64,000 bases of DNA from assembly GCA_022822495.1 (NCBI GenBank), contig JAJEBQ010000040.1, forward strand, positions 1,905-65,904, read 5' to 3'. The notes beneath the pieces are model-generated. The model searched no databases, was not told the origin of the DNA, and worked only from the letters and a program-made list of their open reading frames with translations. Position 1 is the first letter of the stretch. Every line of letters begins with the position of its first letter. The position numbers were made by a program, and so were the translations under genes. This DNA is from Paracoccaceae bacterium. GTDB lineage: Bacteria > Pseudomonadota > Alphaproteobacteria > Rhodobacterales > Rhodobacteraceae. This document shows positions 48,078 to 57,818 of the stretch, one piece after another.

Positions 48078-49778
48078 CTAGGCCAATGTCAAAACCGAAT
48101 TCCGTTTTTCAGATGTGTCGTTTATATTGGAAATTGGTTCACTGACGAGTTGTTCCGCAGTAGGTGCACAATCATGATCAAGTTTCCAGATTATAGCTTC
48201 CACAAGGGCTTCAAAGGACGCTTCAATAATATTGGGCGACACACCTGCTGTTGCCCATCTAAGGCCTTCTGAATTGGTACTTTCTATGACAACTCTGGTT
48301 ACGGCCGAAGTTCCAGACCCCCTTATCCTTACCTTGAAATCAACCAGTTTCATATCGGATATAAATTTTTGATAGGGACCCAAATCCCTTTGCAGAGCCT
48401 TGGAAAGGGCATGTACAGGACCACTATCCAAATTATCTGTCAAACCCTCAGAGACTGAAATTTTACGCTCATTTCCGATCTTGATCACGACCACTGCTTC
48501 TGATTCACTCTTGGATACATTATCCGTCAGGTGATGGGATTCTACATTTACCCGAAACCTTTGAACCGTGAAGTAATTGGCAAGTGTTCCGAGTAATCTT
48601 TTCACAAGGAGTTGACAGGATTCGGGAGCAACATCGTAAGTATACCCTTTATCCTCACGGAGCTTAATCTCACGAACTATCATGCTGAGAGTATCATCAT
48701 CAATCGTACCCATATCTACCCCCAGCTCCTTTAACCAGGATCTAACATGCGATCTTCCTGCCTGATTTGAAAGCGGCATAATTCTTTTGTTACCAATATC
48801 TTCTGGGTCTACATGCTCATAGGTGGAAGGATCTCGTAAGACACCAGAACCATGCAATCCGGCTTTATGGGCGAAGGCCGATGTACCGACATAAGCCGCA
48901 TTTTTACTCGGAATACGATCAAGAATGTCATCAAGTATTCTAGAAAGATGTGTAAGTTTTTTGAGTTTCTCCAATGATACTCCCGTATCATAAAGCGATC
49001 TGTAAGGTTCTTTTAATCGCAGATTTCCCAGAATAGTAATAAGGTTGGCATTACCACACCGTTCACCAATACCATTTATAGTTCCCTGTACGTGCCGTGC
49101 CCCTGCATCAATAGCAGCCAACGAACCTCCAACAGCATTCTCAGTGTCATTATGCGTGTGAATGCCCAAACGATCACCGGGAATACCATACTCGATTACA
49201 GCCTTGGTAGCCGTACCTATGTCCCTAGGAAGGGTTCCACCGTTAGTATCACAGAGAACAACCCATCTGGCACCGGCATTGTAGGCTTCCTTGACACATT
49301 CAAGTGCATATTTTTCGTCAGCAAAGTAACCATCAAAGAAGTGTTCGGCATCAAAGATTACTTCCTTGCCTTTTGCCACCAGGTGTCTGATTGATTGGCC
49401 AATGTTTTCAAAATTTTTCTCCAGACTGATTCCCAATGCTTTCTGGACATGAAAAACGTGGGCTTTGCCAACAATACAAACTGTGTTTGTCTTGGAATTT
49501 ACAAGACTGGCCAAATTGTTATCGTTTTCAGCCGAATGGTCCGCTCGTTTAGTCATACCAAAGGCTGTAATTTTGGCAGAGTTGGTTGCCGGCAGGTTTT
49601 CAAAATACTGCCTATCTGTTTCATTGGCTCCAGTAAAACCACCCTCAATATAATCTATTCCAATATCGTCAAGTTCCTTGGTTAGCCTTATCTTATCTTC
49701 AAAGCCAAATAAAACACCCAACGTCTGGACACCGTCACGAAGCGTTGTATCATACAAATAAATTCTTTCCTTGGTCAT
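48078..49778 (-). CDS. cimA: Citramalate synthase-type LeuA-family enzyme
   Basis: LYDTTLRDGVQ, HTHND and the long C-terminal regulatory domain. The overall pattern resembles the CimA (LeuA_rel) clade rather than short LeuA. Confidence 0.65.
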   Translation of the reverse strand: MTKERIYLYDTTLRDGVQTLGVLFGFEDKIRLTKELDDIGIDYIEGGFTGANETDRQYFENLPATNSAKITAFGMTKRADHSAENDNNLASLVNSKTNTVCIVGKAHVFHVQKALGISLEKNFENIGQSIRHLVAKGKEVIFDAEHFFDGYFADEKYALECVKEAYNAGARWVVLCDTNGGTLPRDIGTATKAVIEYGIPGDRLGIHTHNDTENAVGGSLAAIDAGARHVQGTINGIGERCGNANLITILGNLRLKEPYRSLYDTGVSLEKLKKLTHLSRILDDILDRIPSKNAAYVGTSAFAHKAGLHGSGVLRDPSTYEHVDPEDIGNKRIMPLSNQAGRSHVRSWLKELGVDMGTIDDDTLSMIVREIKLREDKGYTYDVAPESCQLLVKRLLGTLANYFTVQRFRVNVESHHLTDNVSKSESEAVVVIKIGNERKISVSEGLTDNLDSGPVHALSKALQRDLGPYQKFISDMKLVDFKVRIRGSGTSAVTRVVIESTNSEGLRWATAGVSPNIIEASFEALVEAIIWKLDHDCAPTAEQLVSEPISNINDTSEKRNSVLTLA

Positions 49779-49808
49779 GATCCTACCTTCTATTGTTGTG
49801 AGGTGTGA

Positions 49809-51257
49809 TTAAATCCCATCCTCAAATCTACTCCTTAATATTGCCAATTTTTTTTGCTTGAAATTACTACCCACCTCCCATTTGGGGAGTTCTCCACCAG
49901 GTTGATCCTGCAATAAAATTCCTGCATCTTGCAGAGCATTCCTTATTTCGTCTGCCTTGCTGAAATTCCGACTTTGTCTGCATTCCTCTCTTGTTCTGAG
50001 TAACAACTCAAGGTCCTCTAATACCCCCGAATTATTGGAAGATATTTCAGACTGATTTGACAAGGTATCATTCTTTATGGCAAGATTTTCCAGCCCTATG
50101 ATTTTGAGCGCACCATAAAGAGAATCCAGGTCACCTTTTTTGGCGAATTCATGTAGAACTGGAAGAGCTTTTGGGATATTGAAATCTTCACATATTGCCG
50201 TCAAAAAATTTGTGGTTACTACTGGTTCAATATCTGGCTTGGATGATAATAACCTCTGCCATCTTTGAACTATCTCAGCTGCCTCATTGACCTTGCTTTC
50301 TGTCCAATCAATTTGGGCTCGATAATGAGTCCCAAGCATGACAAAACGAATAACCTCACCTGATATACCCCTATCCTGAAGGTCTTTTATGGTGAAAAAA
50401 TTCCCAAGGCTCTTGGCCATTTTCTGACCATTTACCCTAATCATTCCATTATGCATCCAATATTTTGCGAAGGTCTCATGTGGATAAATTGATTTGCTTT
50501 GTGCCAACTCATTTTCATGATGAGGAAAGCACAAGTCGGACCCTCCTCCATGAAGGTCAAAACTTGGGCCAAGCAATTCAGAGCTCATGGCAGAACATTC
50601 TATGTGCCAACCTGGTCTCCCTCTTCCCCAAGGGCTATCCCAACCTGGAAGATCACTACTTGATGGTTTCCAAAGGACAAAATCCAGATCATTCTTCTTG
50701 TATGGTGCAACTTCAACCCTCGCTCCAGCCCTCATGGTTTCCAAATTTCGTTGGGCTAGGGATCCATAGTTTGGTGATGAAGAAACATCAAACAGGACAT
50801 GGCCTTCAACTTCATAGCCATTACCATTGGAAATAATCTCTTCAATCATGGTGATCATCTGCGGAATAAAGTCTGTTGCCCTTGGTTCGTAAGTAGGTTC
50901 GAGGACGCCAAGTGAATGCATGTCTTCGTGATACCAATGTATGGTTTCGCCCGTAATTTGTTTGATTATGGTAATTAGATCTTGTCGATCACCATTGTCG
51001 CGCAAACTCTTGGCTCGATTATTAATTTTATCATCAATATCCGTGATGTTTCTGACATAAGTAACCTTTTCACTACCATAAAGGTGCCTCAACAAACGGA
51101 AAACGACATCAAAAGTAACTGCGGGCCGGGCATTACCTATATGAGCTCGGTCATAAACTGTAGGGCCACAAACATACATCCGTACATCAAGCGGATTAAA
51201 GGGTTCAAATTTTTCTTTCCTACGAGTTTGCGTATTCCAGATGTATAATGTTTTCAT
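49809..51257 (-). CDS. cysS: Cysteine--tRNA ligase
   Basis: CGPTVYDRAHIGNARP (HIGH) and KMAKSLGN (KMSKS). Confidence 0.9.
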   Translation of the reverse strand: MKTLYIWNTQTRRKEKFEPFNPLDVRMYVCGPTVYDRAHIGNARPAVTFDVVFRLLRHLYGSEKVTYVRNITDIDDKINNRAKSLRDNGDRQDLITIIKQITGETIHWYHEDMHSLGVLEPTYEPRATDFIPQMITMIEEIISNGNGYEVEGHVLFDVSSSPNYGSLAQRNLETMRAGARVEVAPYKKNDLDFVLWKPSSSDLPGWDSPWGRGRPGWHIECSAMSSELLGPSFDLHGGGSDLCFPHHENELAQSKSIYPHETFAKYWMHNGMIRVNGQKMAKSLGNFFTIKDLQDRGISGEVIRFVMLGTHYRAQIDWTESKVNEAAEIVQRWQRLLSSKPDIEPVVTTNFLTAICEDFNIPKALPVLHEFAKKGDLDSLYGALKIIGLENLAIKNDTLSNQSEISSNNSGVLEDLELLLRTREECRQSRNFSKADEIRNALQDAGILLQDQPGGELPKWEVGSNFKQKKLAILRSRFEDGI

Positions 51258-51707
51258 ATCAAACCATGAATGGCTTCGTCCCTACGGCCCGGAAGAAAAA
51301 TTTAGTGAACTAACAACGGGCCGACGAGGATGTCAGCCAATAATGCAAATGTATATTGAAAATACTTTCGTTGTCATAGGGCTACAAATTAACAAACATT
51401 TGAAATTATTCAAGTATCTTGGGTAAATTCCTTGTGGGTGTCAGGTTGGATATTAACTTGGTCACTGAAACCTGGTATACAATCTTGATATGCCTTAAAA
51501 TCGCGTTTTAATTACATGGAGCAGAAAGTCTTTGTAAAAAGTGCTGTACCGACAAACCAAAATAAAAGTTGTTAATATAAGGCGACTTATGAAATTTTTT
51601 GGCATAATAAAATTATCAGCATTTTCCAGATTGTTGCGCTATACGCATGGCCAAGCTTGTGTTCCTATGCTTTTAATGTGTTTCCTGTGTGAAGTGCTCA
51701 TCTGTAC

Positions 51708-52217
51708 TCAAGAATCCTTGCCATAATGATTTTCCTGACTTCGGAACCAGTCTGGTACTTCCCGCTTGGTCCATTTCATACTGAACTGAGTTGCTTTTGA
51801 TAGATAATATTCTCTGTAACTTTGGATGGGGCAATCCTTTTTGAATTGATCAGGAAGGGCCAAAACAAACGGAGTAAGACCTGAAAATTTAATATTGTCT
51901 GGGGGTACTGATAGATCATTTCTGAGCTTCATTTCTGTCAAATGCTTTTTGCCATACCTAAACGTATATTCCTCACATAACCCACAAAAATGATTGTATA
52001 ACCACATATAGTTTCCACTCGTTTCTCTGGTCCAAATCGCACAGGGATGATTCTGATGGGTCAAACGGTAGAACTTTTCGGTGATATGGCTACTGGCAAA
52101 GAGCCTATGAGCAGTACATAACATCTGGGCACTTTCCAGGGTCATTTTAACAACATGCTTATCACATTGTAATTGAGCGGCGACCTTCGGATCAGAATCC
52201 AAGCAGAAAATGTTCAT
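51708..52217 (-). CDS. Conserved hypothetical protein, 66 nt downstream of uvrA and co-oriented with it
   Basis: The N-terminal motif MNIFCLDSDPKVAAQLQCDKHVVKMTLESAQML recurs in phage and bacterial proteins of unknown function as far as I recall. GAGGTGG lies 9 nt upstream of the ATG. Confidence 0.5.
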   Translation of the reverse strand: MNIFCLDSDPKVAAQLQCDKHVVKMTLESAQMLCTAHRLFASSHITEKFYRLTHQNHPCAIWTRETSGNYMWLYNHFCGLCEEYTFRYGKKHLTEMKLRNDLSVPPDNIKFSGLTPFVLALPDQFKKDCPIQSYREYYLSKATQFSMKWTKREVPDWFRSQENHYGKDS

Positions 52218-52283
52218 AGCTCAAAACCACCTCTCTTGACGGTATAAATGAAACCTCCTTCCAGCGTTAAATGTCCGTTTAGA

Positions 52284-55133
52284 TCACGCTGCTTTTTTCT
52301 TACTCGCTTTACTTGTTGAACTCGTTTTCAAAATTTCAGCCAAATACCTCCCGGTGTAACTATTCGGATTGGCTGCAATTTTTTCTGGTGGGCCCGAAGC
52401 AACAATATTGCCGCCCTTGTCGCCGCCTTCAGGCCCCAAATCAATAATCCAGTCAGCCGTTTTGATGACATCAAGGTTGTGCTCAATAATGATAACGGTG
52501 TTTTCCTTATTAACCAGCTCCTGAAGGACTTTGAGCAAATTGTTGATATCTTCAAAATGAAGACCAGTTGTGGGTTCATCAAGCAGATAAATCGTTTCAC
52601 CACGAGTTACCTTGGAAAGCTCGGTTGCCAGTTTAACCCTTTGTGCTTCACCACCTGACAACAGAGGCGCTTGTTGACCCAATTTTATGTAACCAAGTCC
52701 AACCTTCGCCAAGGTATTAATTTTTCTGCTTACCAAAGGTATTTTATTAAAAAACTTGTTGGCTTCCTCCACAGTCATATCAAGCACATCAGCAATCGTT
52801 TTTTCACGATATTTGATTTCAAGTGTTTCTCGGTTGTATCTAAGCCCCTTGCAACTGTCACAAGTAACGTAAACATCAGGTAGAAAATGCATTGATATCT
52901 TCTTTACACCATCGCCCATACATGCCTCGCAACGCCCTCCTTCGACGTTAAAGGAAAATCTGCCGGATCTATATCCGCGAGCTCTGGATGCCGGGAGTTC
53001 TGCAAACAAGTTTCTTATGGGATCAAAAGCCTTGGTATAGGTGGCTGGATTAGACCGTGGCGTTCTTCCGATCGGTCTTTGATCAATGTGAATCATGTTT
53101 TTGAAATTTTCAAAACCCGTAATGGAATCATAATCACCTGTGAGTTCATGCCAAGCCTTATGAAGAGTTTCGAAGACCAGGGATGATTTCCCACTTCCCG
53201 ACACACCAGTTACACATATCAATTTGCCAGCAGGAAATGAAACCTTCACATTTTTCAAATTATGGCATCTGGCGCCTTCAATCTTGATTGCCCCATCATT
53301 CGGTTTAACCTTCCGCCGTCTTTTTGGAATGGAGATGGATTTTTCCCCACTCAGGTATTGGCCAGTAATCGATTCAGGCTTCGAAATGATATCACCAACA
53401 ACACCTTGTGCAACAATTTGGCCACCATGAATACCAGCTCTTGGACCTATATCGACAATATGATCTGCTTCCCTGATTGCTTCCTCGTCATGTTCAACAA
53501 CAATGACGGTATTCCCTTTATCTCTCAAGTTTTCCAAAGTGGCAAGAAGTCTTTGATTGTCACGCTGATGTAACCCGATTGAGGGTTCATCCAAGACATA
53601 TAAAACGCCCGTTAATCCTGATCCGATCTGGCTGGCCAATCGAATTCTTTGGCTTTCTCCTCCTGATAAAGTTCCTGACCTGCGTGAGAGAGTAAGGTAT
53701 TCGAGTCCTACATCAACCAGGAATTGTAATCTTTCCTTGATTTCCTTTAATACCAATGCCCCAATTTTATTTTGCTGTTCGGACAATTCAGATGGAATGT
53801 TCGTAATCCACCCCAGCACCTCATCAATTGGTTTATCGACCAACTCCCCAATATGGATCCCTCCAATTTTGACAGCCAAAGCTTCACTATTCAACCTGTG
53901 ACCCTGACATACATGACATGTTTCATTTTTCTGGTAAGCCTCCAACTGGTTACGTCTTCTGGTTGAGCTTGTGGAATGGTAGATCCGTTCCATGTAAGGA
54001 ATAACGCCTTCGAAATCCAAAGTTTCATTATAAGAATCCCAAAAGTTATCCACCTCATATTTTACTCTGCCACCGTAAAAGAACATTTTCTTAAACTTTT
54101 CAGGGGTGTCATTCCAAGAATCAGTAGGTGCAATATCAAAGCTTTGTAACAATACGATTATATTATCCCAGAGTTTTTGTGTCCTGGGAACTGCCATATT
54201 CGCAACATTGTTTAACGTTGATTGATCGGGCGCAGTAATTATTCCTTTTTCAGAAAAAACTACTTTTTCGCCCAAACCATCACAATTTGGGCAAGCCCCA
54301 GATGGGGCATTGAAGGAAAATAACCTGGGTTCTATTTCCCGGATGGTAAAACCGGAAACTGGGCATGCAAACTTTTCGGAAAAAAGGATGGATTCCTGTT
54401 TGTTCTTTCCAACAAATTCAATTTCTGCGGTACCTTCGCTAAGATCAAGTGCCGTTCTCAAAGATTGGGCAATTCTTTCCTCATTGCCTTTCCCAGCAAC
54501 CAATCTATCAACCAGCACCGATATATCGTGCCGAAGGTTCTTCTTGATTACCGGTATTTCCTTGTCCAGGGCGATTTGTTCACCATCTATTCTTACTCGT
54601 AGAAAACCCTTCTTTCTTAATTCAAGCAAATCTCCATAAAAACTACCTTTCCTCTGTTTAACTATTGGAGCAAGTATAAAATACTTGGTTCCCTCCTCAA
54701 AGGTAGCTATTCGATCAACCATGTCGGAGACCTGCTGCGATGTTATCGGCAAACCGGTTGTGGGTGAATAAGGAACCCCCACTCTTGCAAACAAAAGTCT
54801 CAGATAATCATAAATTTCGGTTATGGTTCCAACTGTCGATCTCGGGTTTCTGGATGTGGTTTTCTGTTCGATTGAAATGGCAGGTGACAACCCCGAAATA
54901 TTATCCACATCCGGCTTTTCCATGACGTTAAGAAACTGCCTGGCATAGGCTGAAAGACTTTCAACATATCGTCTTTGACCTTCAGCATATATCGTATCCA
55001 GTGCAAGAGATGATTTTCCTGACCCGCTCAAGCCGGTGAAGACAATTAATTTGTCTCTCGGTATTGTTACATTAATGGATTTCAGATTGTGTTCTCTCGC
55101 GCCAAGAACCTTTATTTCTTTTAATTCCGTCAT
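52284..55133 (-). CDS. uvrA: Excinuclease ABC subunit A
   Basis: 949 aa. Two ABC modules (GLSGSGKSS, GVSGSGKSS), zinc-finger Cys clusters, and LSGGE signatures. Confidence 0.95.
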   Translation of the reverse strand: MTELKEIKVLGAREHNLKSINVTIPRDKLIVFTGLSGSGKSSLALDTIYAEGQRRYVESLSAYARQFLNVMEKPDVDNISGLSPAISIEQKTTSRNPRSTVGTITEIYDYLRLLFARVGVPYSPTTGLPITSQQVSDMVDRIATFEEGTKYFILAPIVKQRKGSFYGDLLELRKKGFLRVRIDGEQIALDKEIPVIKKNLRHDISVLVDRLVAGKGNEERIAQSLRTALDLSEGTAEIEFVGKNKQESILFSEKFACPVSGFTIREIEPRLFSFNAPSGACPNCDGLGEKVVFSEKGIITAPDQSTLNNVANMAVPRTQKLWDNIIVLLQSFDIAPTDSWNDTPEKFKKMFFYGGRVKYEVDNFWDSYNETLDFEGVIPYMERIYHSTSSTRRRNQLEAYQKNETCHVCQGHRLNSEALAVKIGGIHIGELVDKPIDEVLGWITNIPSELSEQQNKIGALVLKEIKERLQFLVDVGLEYLTLSRRSGTLSGGESQRIRLASQIGSGLTGVLYVLDEPSIGLHQRDNQRLLATLENLRDKGNTVIVVEHDEEAIREADHIVDIGPRAGIHGGQIVAQGVVGDIISKPESITGQYLSGEKSISIPKRRRKVKPNDGAIKIEGARCHNLKNVKVSFPAGKLICVTGVSGSGKSSLVFETLHKAWHELTGDYDSITGFENFKNMIHIDQRPIGRTPRSNPATYTKAFDPIRNLFAELPASRARGYRSGRFSFNVEGGRCEACMGDGVKKISMHFLPDVYVTCDSCKGLRYNRETLEIKYREKTIADVLDMTVEEANKFFNKIPLVSRKINTLAKVGLGYIKLGQQAPLLSGGEAQRVKLATELSKVTRGETIYLLDEPTTGLHFEDINNLLKVLQELVNKENTVIIIEHNLDVIKTADWIIDLGPEGGDKGGNIVASGPPEKIAANPNSYTGRYLAEILKTSSTSKASKKKAA

Positions 55134-55159
55134 AAAGCTAAATCGTTTTGGTTTTATAG

Positions 55160-55180
55160 GAAAATGGAGTCTCCATTTTC
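55160..55180. promoter_or_regulatory. Perfect 10-1-10 palindrome GAAAATGGAG-T-CTCCATTTTC upstream of uvrA
   Basis: Read directly. It ends 27 nt upstream of the uvrA ATG. Confidence 0.4.
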
Positions 55181-55541
55181 TTCAGTTGATGTGTATTTCA
55201 AATCTGATCGACGTATCAGGGGGCTTGGTTAAAGGTAAGATTCGATTGGATAATTACAATTTAAACCAAATGAAAATTATACCCAGGATTAGTATGTATA
55301 CTGAACATAACGAACAAACTGCTTTTCTATCAGCCGCACTTCATAAATTCTTACATGAATTGCCACTTACTCAAGACCGGAATATTATGTTGTTTTGTTT
55401 GTAAGCCCTTCTCTTTCTTTTCTTGGGTTTAATGTCAATAAGTATCAATCCGGACCATCAGTAATGTTGAATTGTCGGTAGAAATCTGGAGTTGGTTGTA
55501 GTCATCTATAAAGCTTTGGGCAGCGGTTGGCATGAATTGAA

Positions 55542-55922
55542 TTACAAAATGTTTTTCCGTCTTTCTTCTCTGGCAAGCCAGAATTTCAAGGTAAGCCAAA
55601 CAAGCCAAGCAGGAATACTTGCTACCAAACAGTATAATATTATTCCGATGGGACCGAACAAACCACCTGTCAAAGAAAATAGGCAAGTAATTGGGGCAAA
55701 AACTATGAATAGGATTATAGAGGTGTAGTTATAACCCAAATCATAAATAAATCTGACTGCGATATAAAGAAACAGTCCTCCAAACATAACCGGGATAAGT
55801 TGAAGAAAACTTGCTAGGTCCCCTGCGGGTGAAAACCCACGCAATAAAGTCAATGCAATCAATAGGAGCGGATTCCACATCAACCCAATCAATATATCTT
55901 TTACTTTTGGTATTTTTCTCAT
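55542..55922 (-). CDS. Small 4-TM membrane protein, unknown function
   Basis: Hydrophobicity pattern only. The ATG at 55922 is preferred over the track start at 55967. Confidence 0.45.
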   Translation of the reverse strand: MRKIPKVKDILIGLMWNPLLLIALTLLRGFSPAGDLASFLQLIPVMFGGLFLYIAVRFIYDLGYNYTSIILFIVFAPITCLFSLTGGLFGPIGIILYCLVASIPAWLVWLTLKFWLAREERRKNIL

Positions 55923-56139
55923 TACAATCTCACATAACGAAACACTGAAATACGATGCTGAGAGCACACCCCATTCGAACTAAATAACTGTCATATCTGG
56001 TTGTTAATTTATAATTTTAGGGCGTTCATTACGTTAACAATTACAGACACAAAAGACTTGGTTATCATAGGTAAGTTTTATCTTCACCACCAATGATGAT
56101 GTCCATTTTGTCAAATATAATCTTCCTTATTGACGCTTC

Positions 56140-57417
56140 CTATCGTACTACAAATTCAGCTCTTAGTTTTATAACTTCGATAATATCATTAAAAACATTG
56201 GAGCAGATCCCGTCTGCTTCAAGCACAGACTTTAACCTTGTGGCAGCCTCTATAATGTTAGATTTAAAGTAATTAATCTGATCGTTCAATGTTGCCTGGG
56301 CTGCTTTTGTGTCTGGTACAAGCCTTTGGAAATGTCGTAAAAAAACATCATTTGGTCTGTACTTTCCGCCAATTTTCATCGCCATATTTTGATGTAAATC
56401 AGGGTAGATTGCTGTGCTCATAAGATCATATGCGGGTGCCAATTCTGGTTTATTACCAACATAAATTAATGAGAAGTTTTTTCCATGTGCATCTGAATTT
56501 CCAATGAGGTAGTTAAAAATAATCAAATGCAAGAATTTAATTTGATTGACGACTGGACGACTAAAGTTCTGATTTATCAACTCGAGACACTTTGTTACAT
56601 CGGGCCCACCTTCGCGTTGGTACTTGAAGCTAGGCATTATTCCTAATGCTTGACAGAAATCTTCTTGATGTATTCGCTCTACCATCCCGCTTTTAGCAAT
56701 CTTTCTATCATATCTTTCTATTAAATAGAAAGGTATTTGTTTAACCGAATGAATTGATACTTCAGGTACATCCAGGTGCATCATCTTTGCCAATTTCATG
56801 CAAAACAATTCATTATGAACACTATCAACCACCCTGTCTATAAGCGGTTTTAGGATATGAGTGGTTGGCATCCCTCCTTTATGCAAGAGTACACGCCCAT
56901 TCTTGAAACCGACAGCGAGTTTATGCTGTGCACCGGCCAGTGATAACCGATAACCATTATCACCTGCCAGCATTGGACGATTTTTTAATAAATCCAGTAT
57001 TTCTACTAATTTAGCATCGTCCAACACCTCAACATCCCCTTCATTGGTTGCAGGAGGTTTCGTACCCTGAGGATATAATGACAAAGCTCCTGCACAATCT
57101 CCTCCAACCACTTCCAATAAAGAAAAAGAGTTGCTACTAGATATACCTAAATTCTTTGCCAATCGAATGCGTATGCTCTCATCCGGCAATAGTCCTGAAA
57201 AGAAGGCTTCTACTCGTTTACCTCTATATTTTCCCTTGAAGAAATCATTTGAAAACGAGCTCGAAAAAATCTCCCCCAAAGGAAGCGATAAGGATATGCC
57301 CCCACCTCCAGATGCAAGGTGATTTTTGTCGTAAGTAAACTCTAATTCACCACTTTCCTCTTGAGTGAGGATTCCAACAAGTGTGTCATGAAGGTAAACA
57401 TCTAGATCGTTTTTCAC
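56140..57417 (-). CDS. hipA: HipA-family serine/threonine kinase toxin
   Basis: Catalytic loop GNSDAHGKNFS, with HipA N-terminal coupling-domain pattern VYLHDTLVGIL. The start is set at the GTG at 57417, which overlaps the hipB stop as GTGA. The track's 57489 start would overlap hipB by 76 nt. Confidence 0.8.
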   Translation of the reverse strand: MKNDLDVYLHDTLVGILTQEESGELEFTYDKNHLASGGGGISLSLPLGEIFSSSFSNDFFKGKYRGKRVEAFFSGLLPDESIRIRLAKNLGISSSNSFSLLEVVGGDCAGALSLYPQGTKPPATNEGDVEVLDDAKLVEILDLLKNRPMLAGDNGYRLSLAGAQHKLAVGFKNGRVLLHKGGMPTTHILKPLIDRVVDSVHNELFCMKLAKMMHLDVPEVSIHSVKQIPFYLIERYDRKIAKSGMVERIHQEDFCQALGIMPSFKYQREGGPDVTKCLELINQNFSRPVVNQIKFLHLIIFNYLIGNSDAHGKNFSLIYVGNKPELAPAYDLMSTAIYPDLHQNMAMKIGGKYRPNDVFLRHFQRLVPDTKAAQATLNDQINYFKSNIIEAATRLKSVLEADGICSNVFNDIIEVIKLRAEFVVR

Positions 57418-57629
57418 AGTTTTTTGCCGTTCAAATGTATATCTATCCCCAGCATAGAAACAATCTGGATTGCTTTGCCGATATGGCACGACTGTTTTCC
57501 ATTTTCCAGTTCGCGAACGAATCTAACTCCTACCCCTGAATAACCAGCTAATTGGAGCTGCGTCAACTTTTGTTCCTTACGAGCTTCCTTTAGAATTTTT
57601 CCTAATTTCATAATTTTATTCTCATTCAC
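57414..57629 (-). CDS. hipB: HipB-like XRE-family HTH antitoxin
   Basis: HTH LTQLQLAGYSGVGVRFVRELENGK. GTG start preceded by AAGGAAG. It is coupled to hipA. Confidence 0.75.
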   Translation of the reverse strand: MNENKIMKLGKILKEARKEQKLTQLQLAGYSGVGVRFVRELENGKQSCHIGKAIQIVSMLGIDIHLNGKKL

Positions 57630-57653
57630 AACTCTTCCTTTATGTATAAAAAT

Positions 57654-57818
57654 ATCACACCGAACGGGTTGAATACTATCAGATTACAGTTAAAAAGCCA
57701 ATATACCCCCGAACGGGATCAAATAATTTTTTTTGCACAAAACTAGTAATCACACCGAACGGGTTGATTGGCGTGTTATCATCCCTTATTTTTGATAAAA
57801 AACCCTATCGGGATGATA
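57654..57818. promoter_or_regulatory. Putative hipBA operator array (four CCC(G)-N2-4-(C)GGG-centred boxes about 47 bp apart)
   Basis: ATCACACCGAACGGGTTGA occurs twice exactly (57654-57672, 57749-57767), with a 14/19 variant at 57703-57721. A 9-bp inverted repeat TATCATCCC/GGGATGATA (57777-57785 and 57810-57818) encloses CCCTATCGGG. Confidence 0.5.

Noticed and set aside
51258-51707. 450-bp gap between cysS and the uvrA-linked gene, checked for small genes, ncRNAs or repeats (track ORFs 51241-51426 and 51541-51726)
   Set aside because: I could recognise no conserved ncRNA motif (SRP, RNase P, tmRNA, riboswitch cores). The ORFs lack a Shine-Dalgarno sequence and look random. Only a weak 6-bp stem (CAGGTT/AACCTG) is present.
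55303-55315. GAAC...GAAC direct repeat upstream of uvrA as an alphaproteobacterial LexA box
   Set aside because: The spacing is GAAC-N5-GAAC (GAACATAACGAAC), not the N7 spacing of the described box. It also lies about 170 nt from the uvrA start.
57418-57489. Longer HipA N-terminus (track ORF start 57489)
   Set aside because: It would overlap hipB by 76 nt. The GTG at 57417 forms a GTGA overlap with the hipB stop, and the product then begins VKNDLDVYL..., like other HipA proteins.
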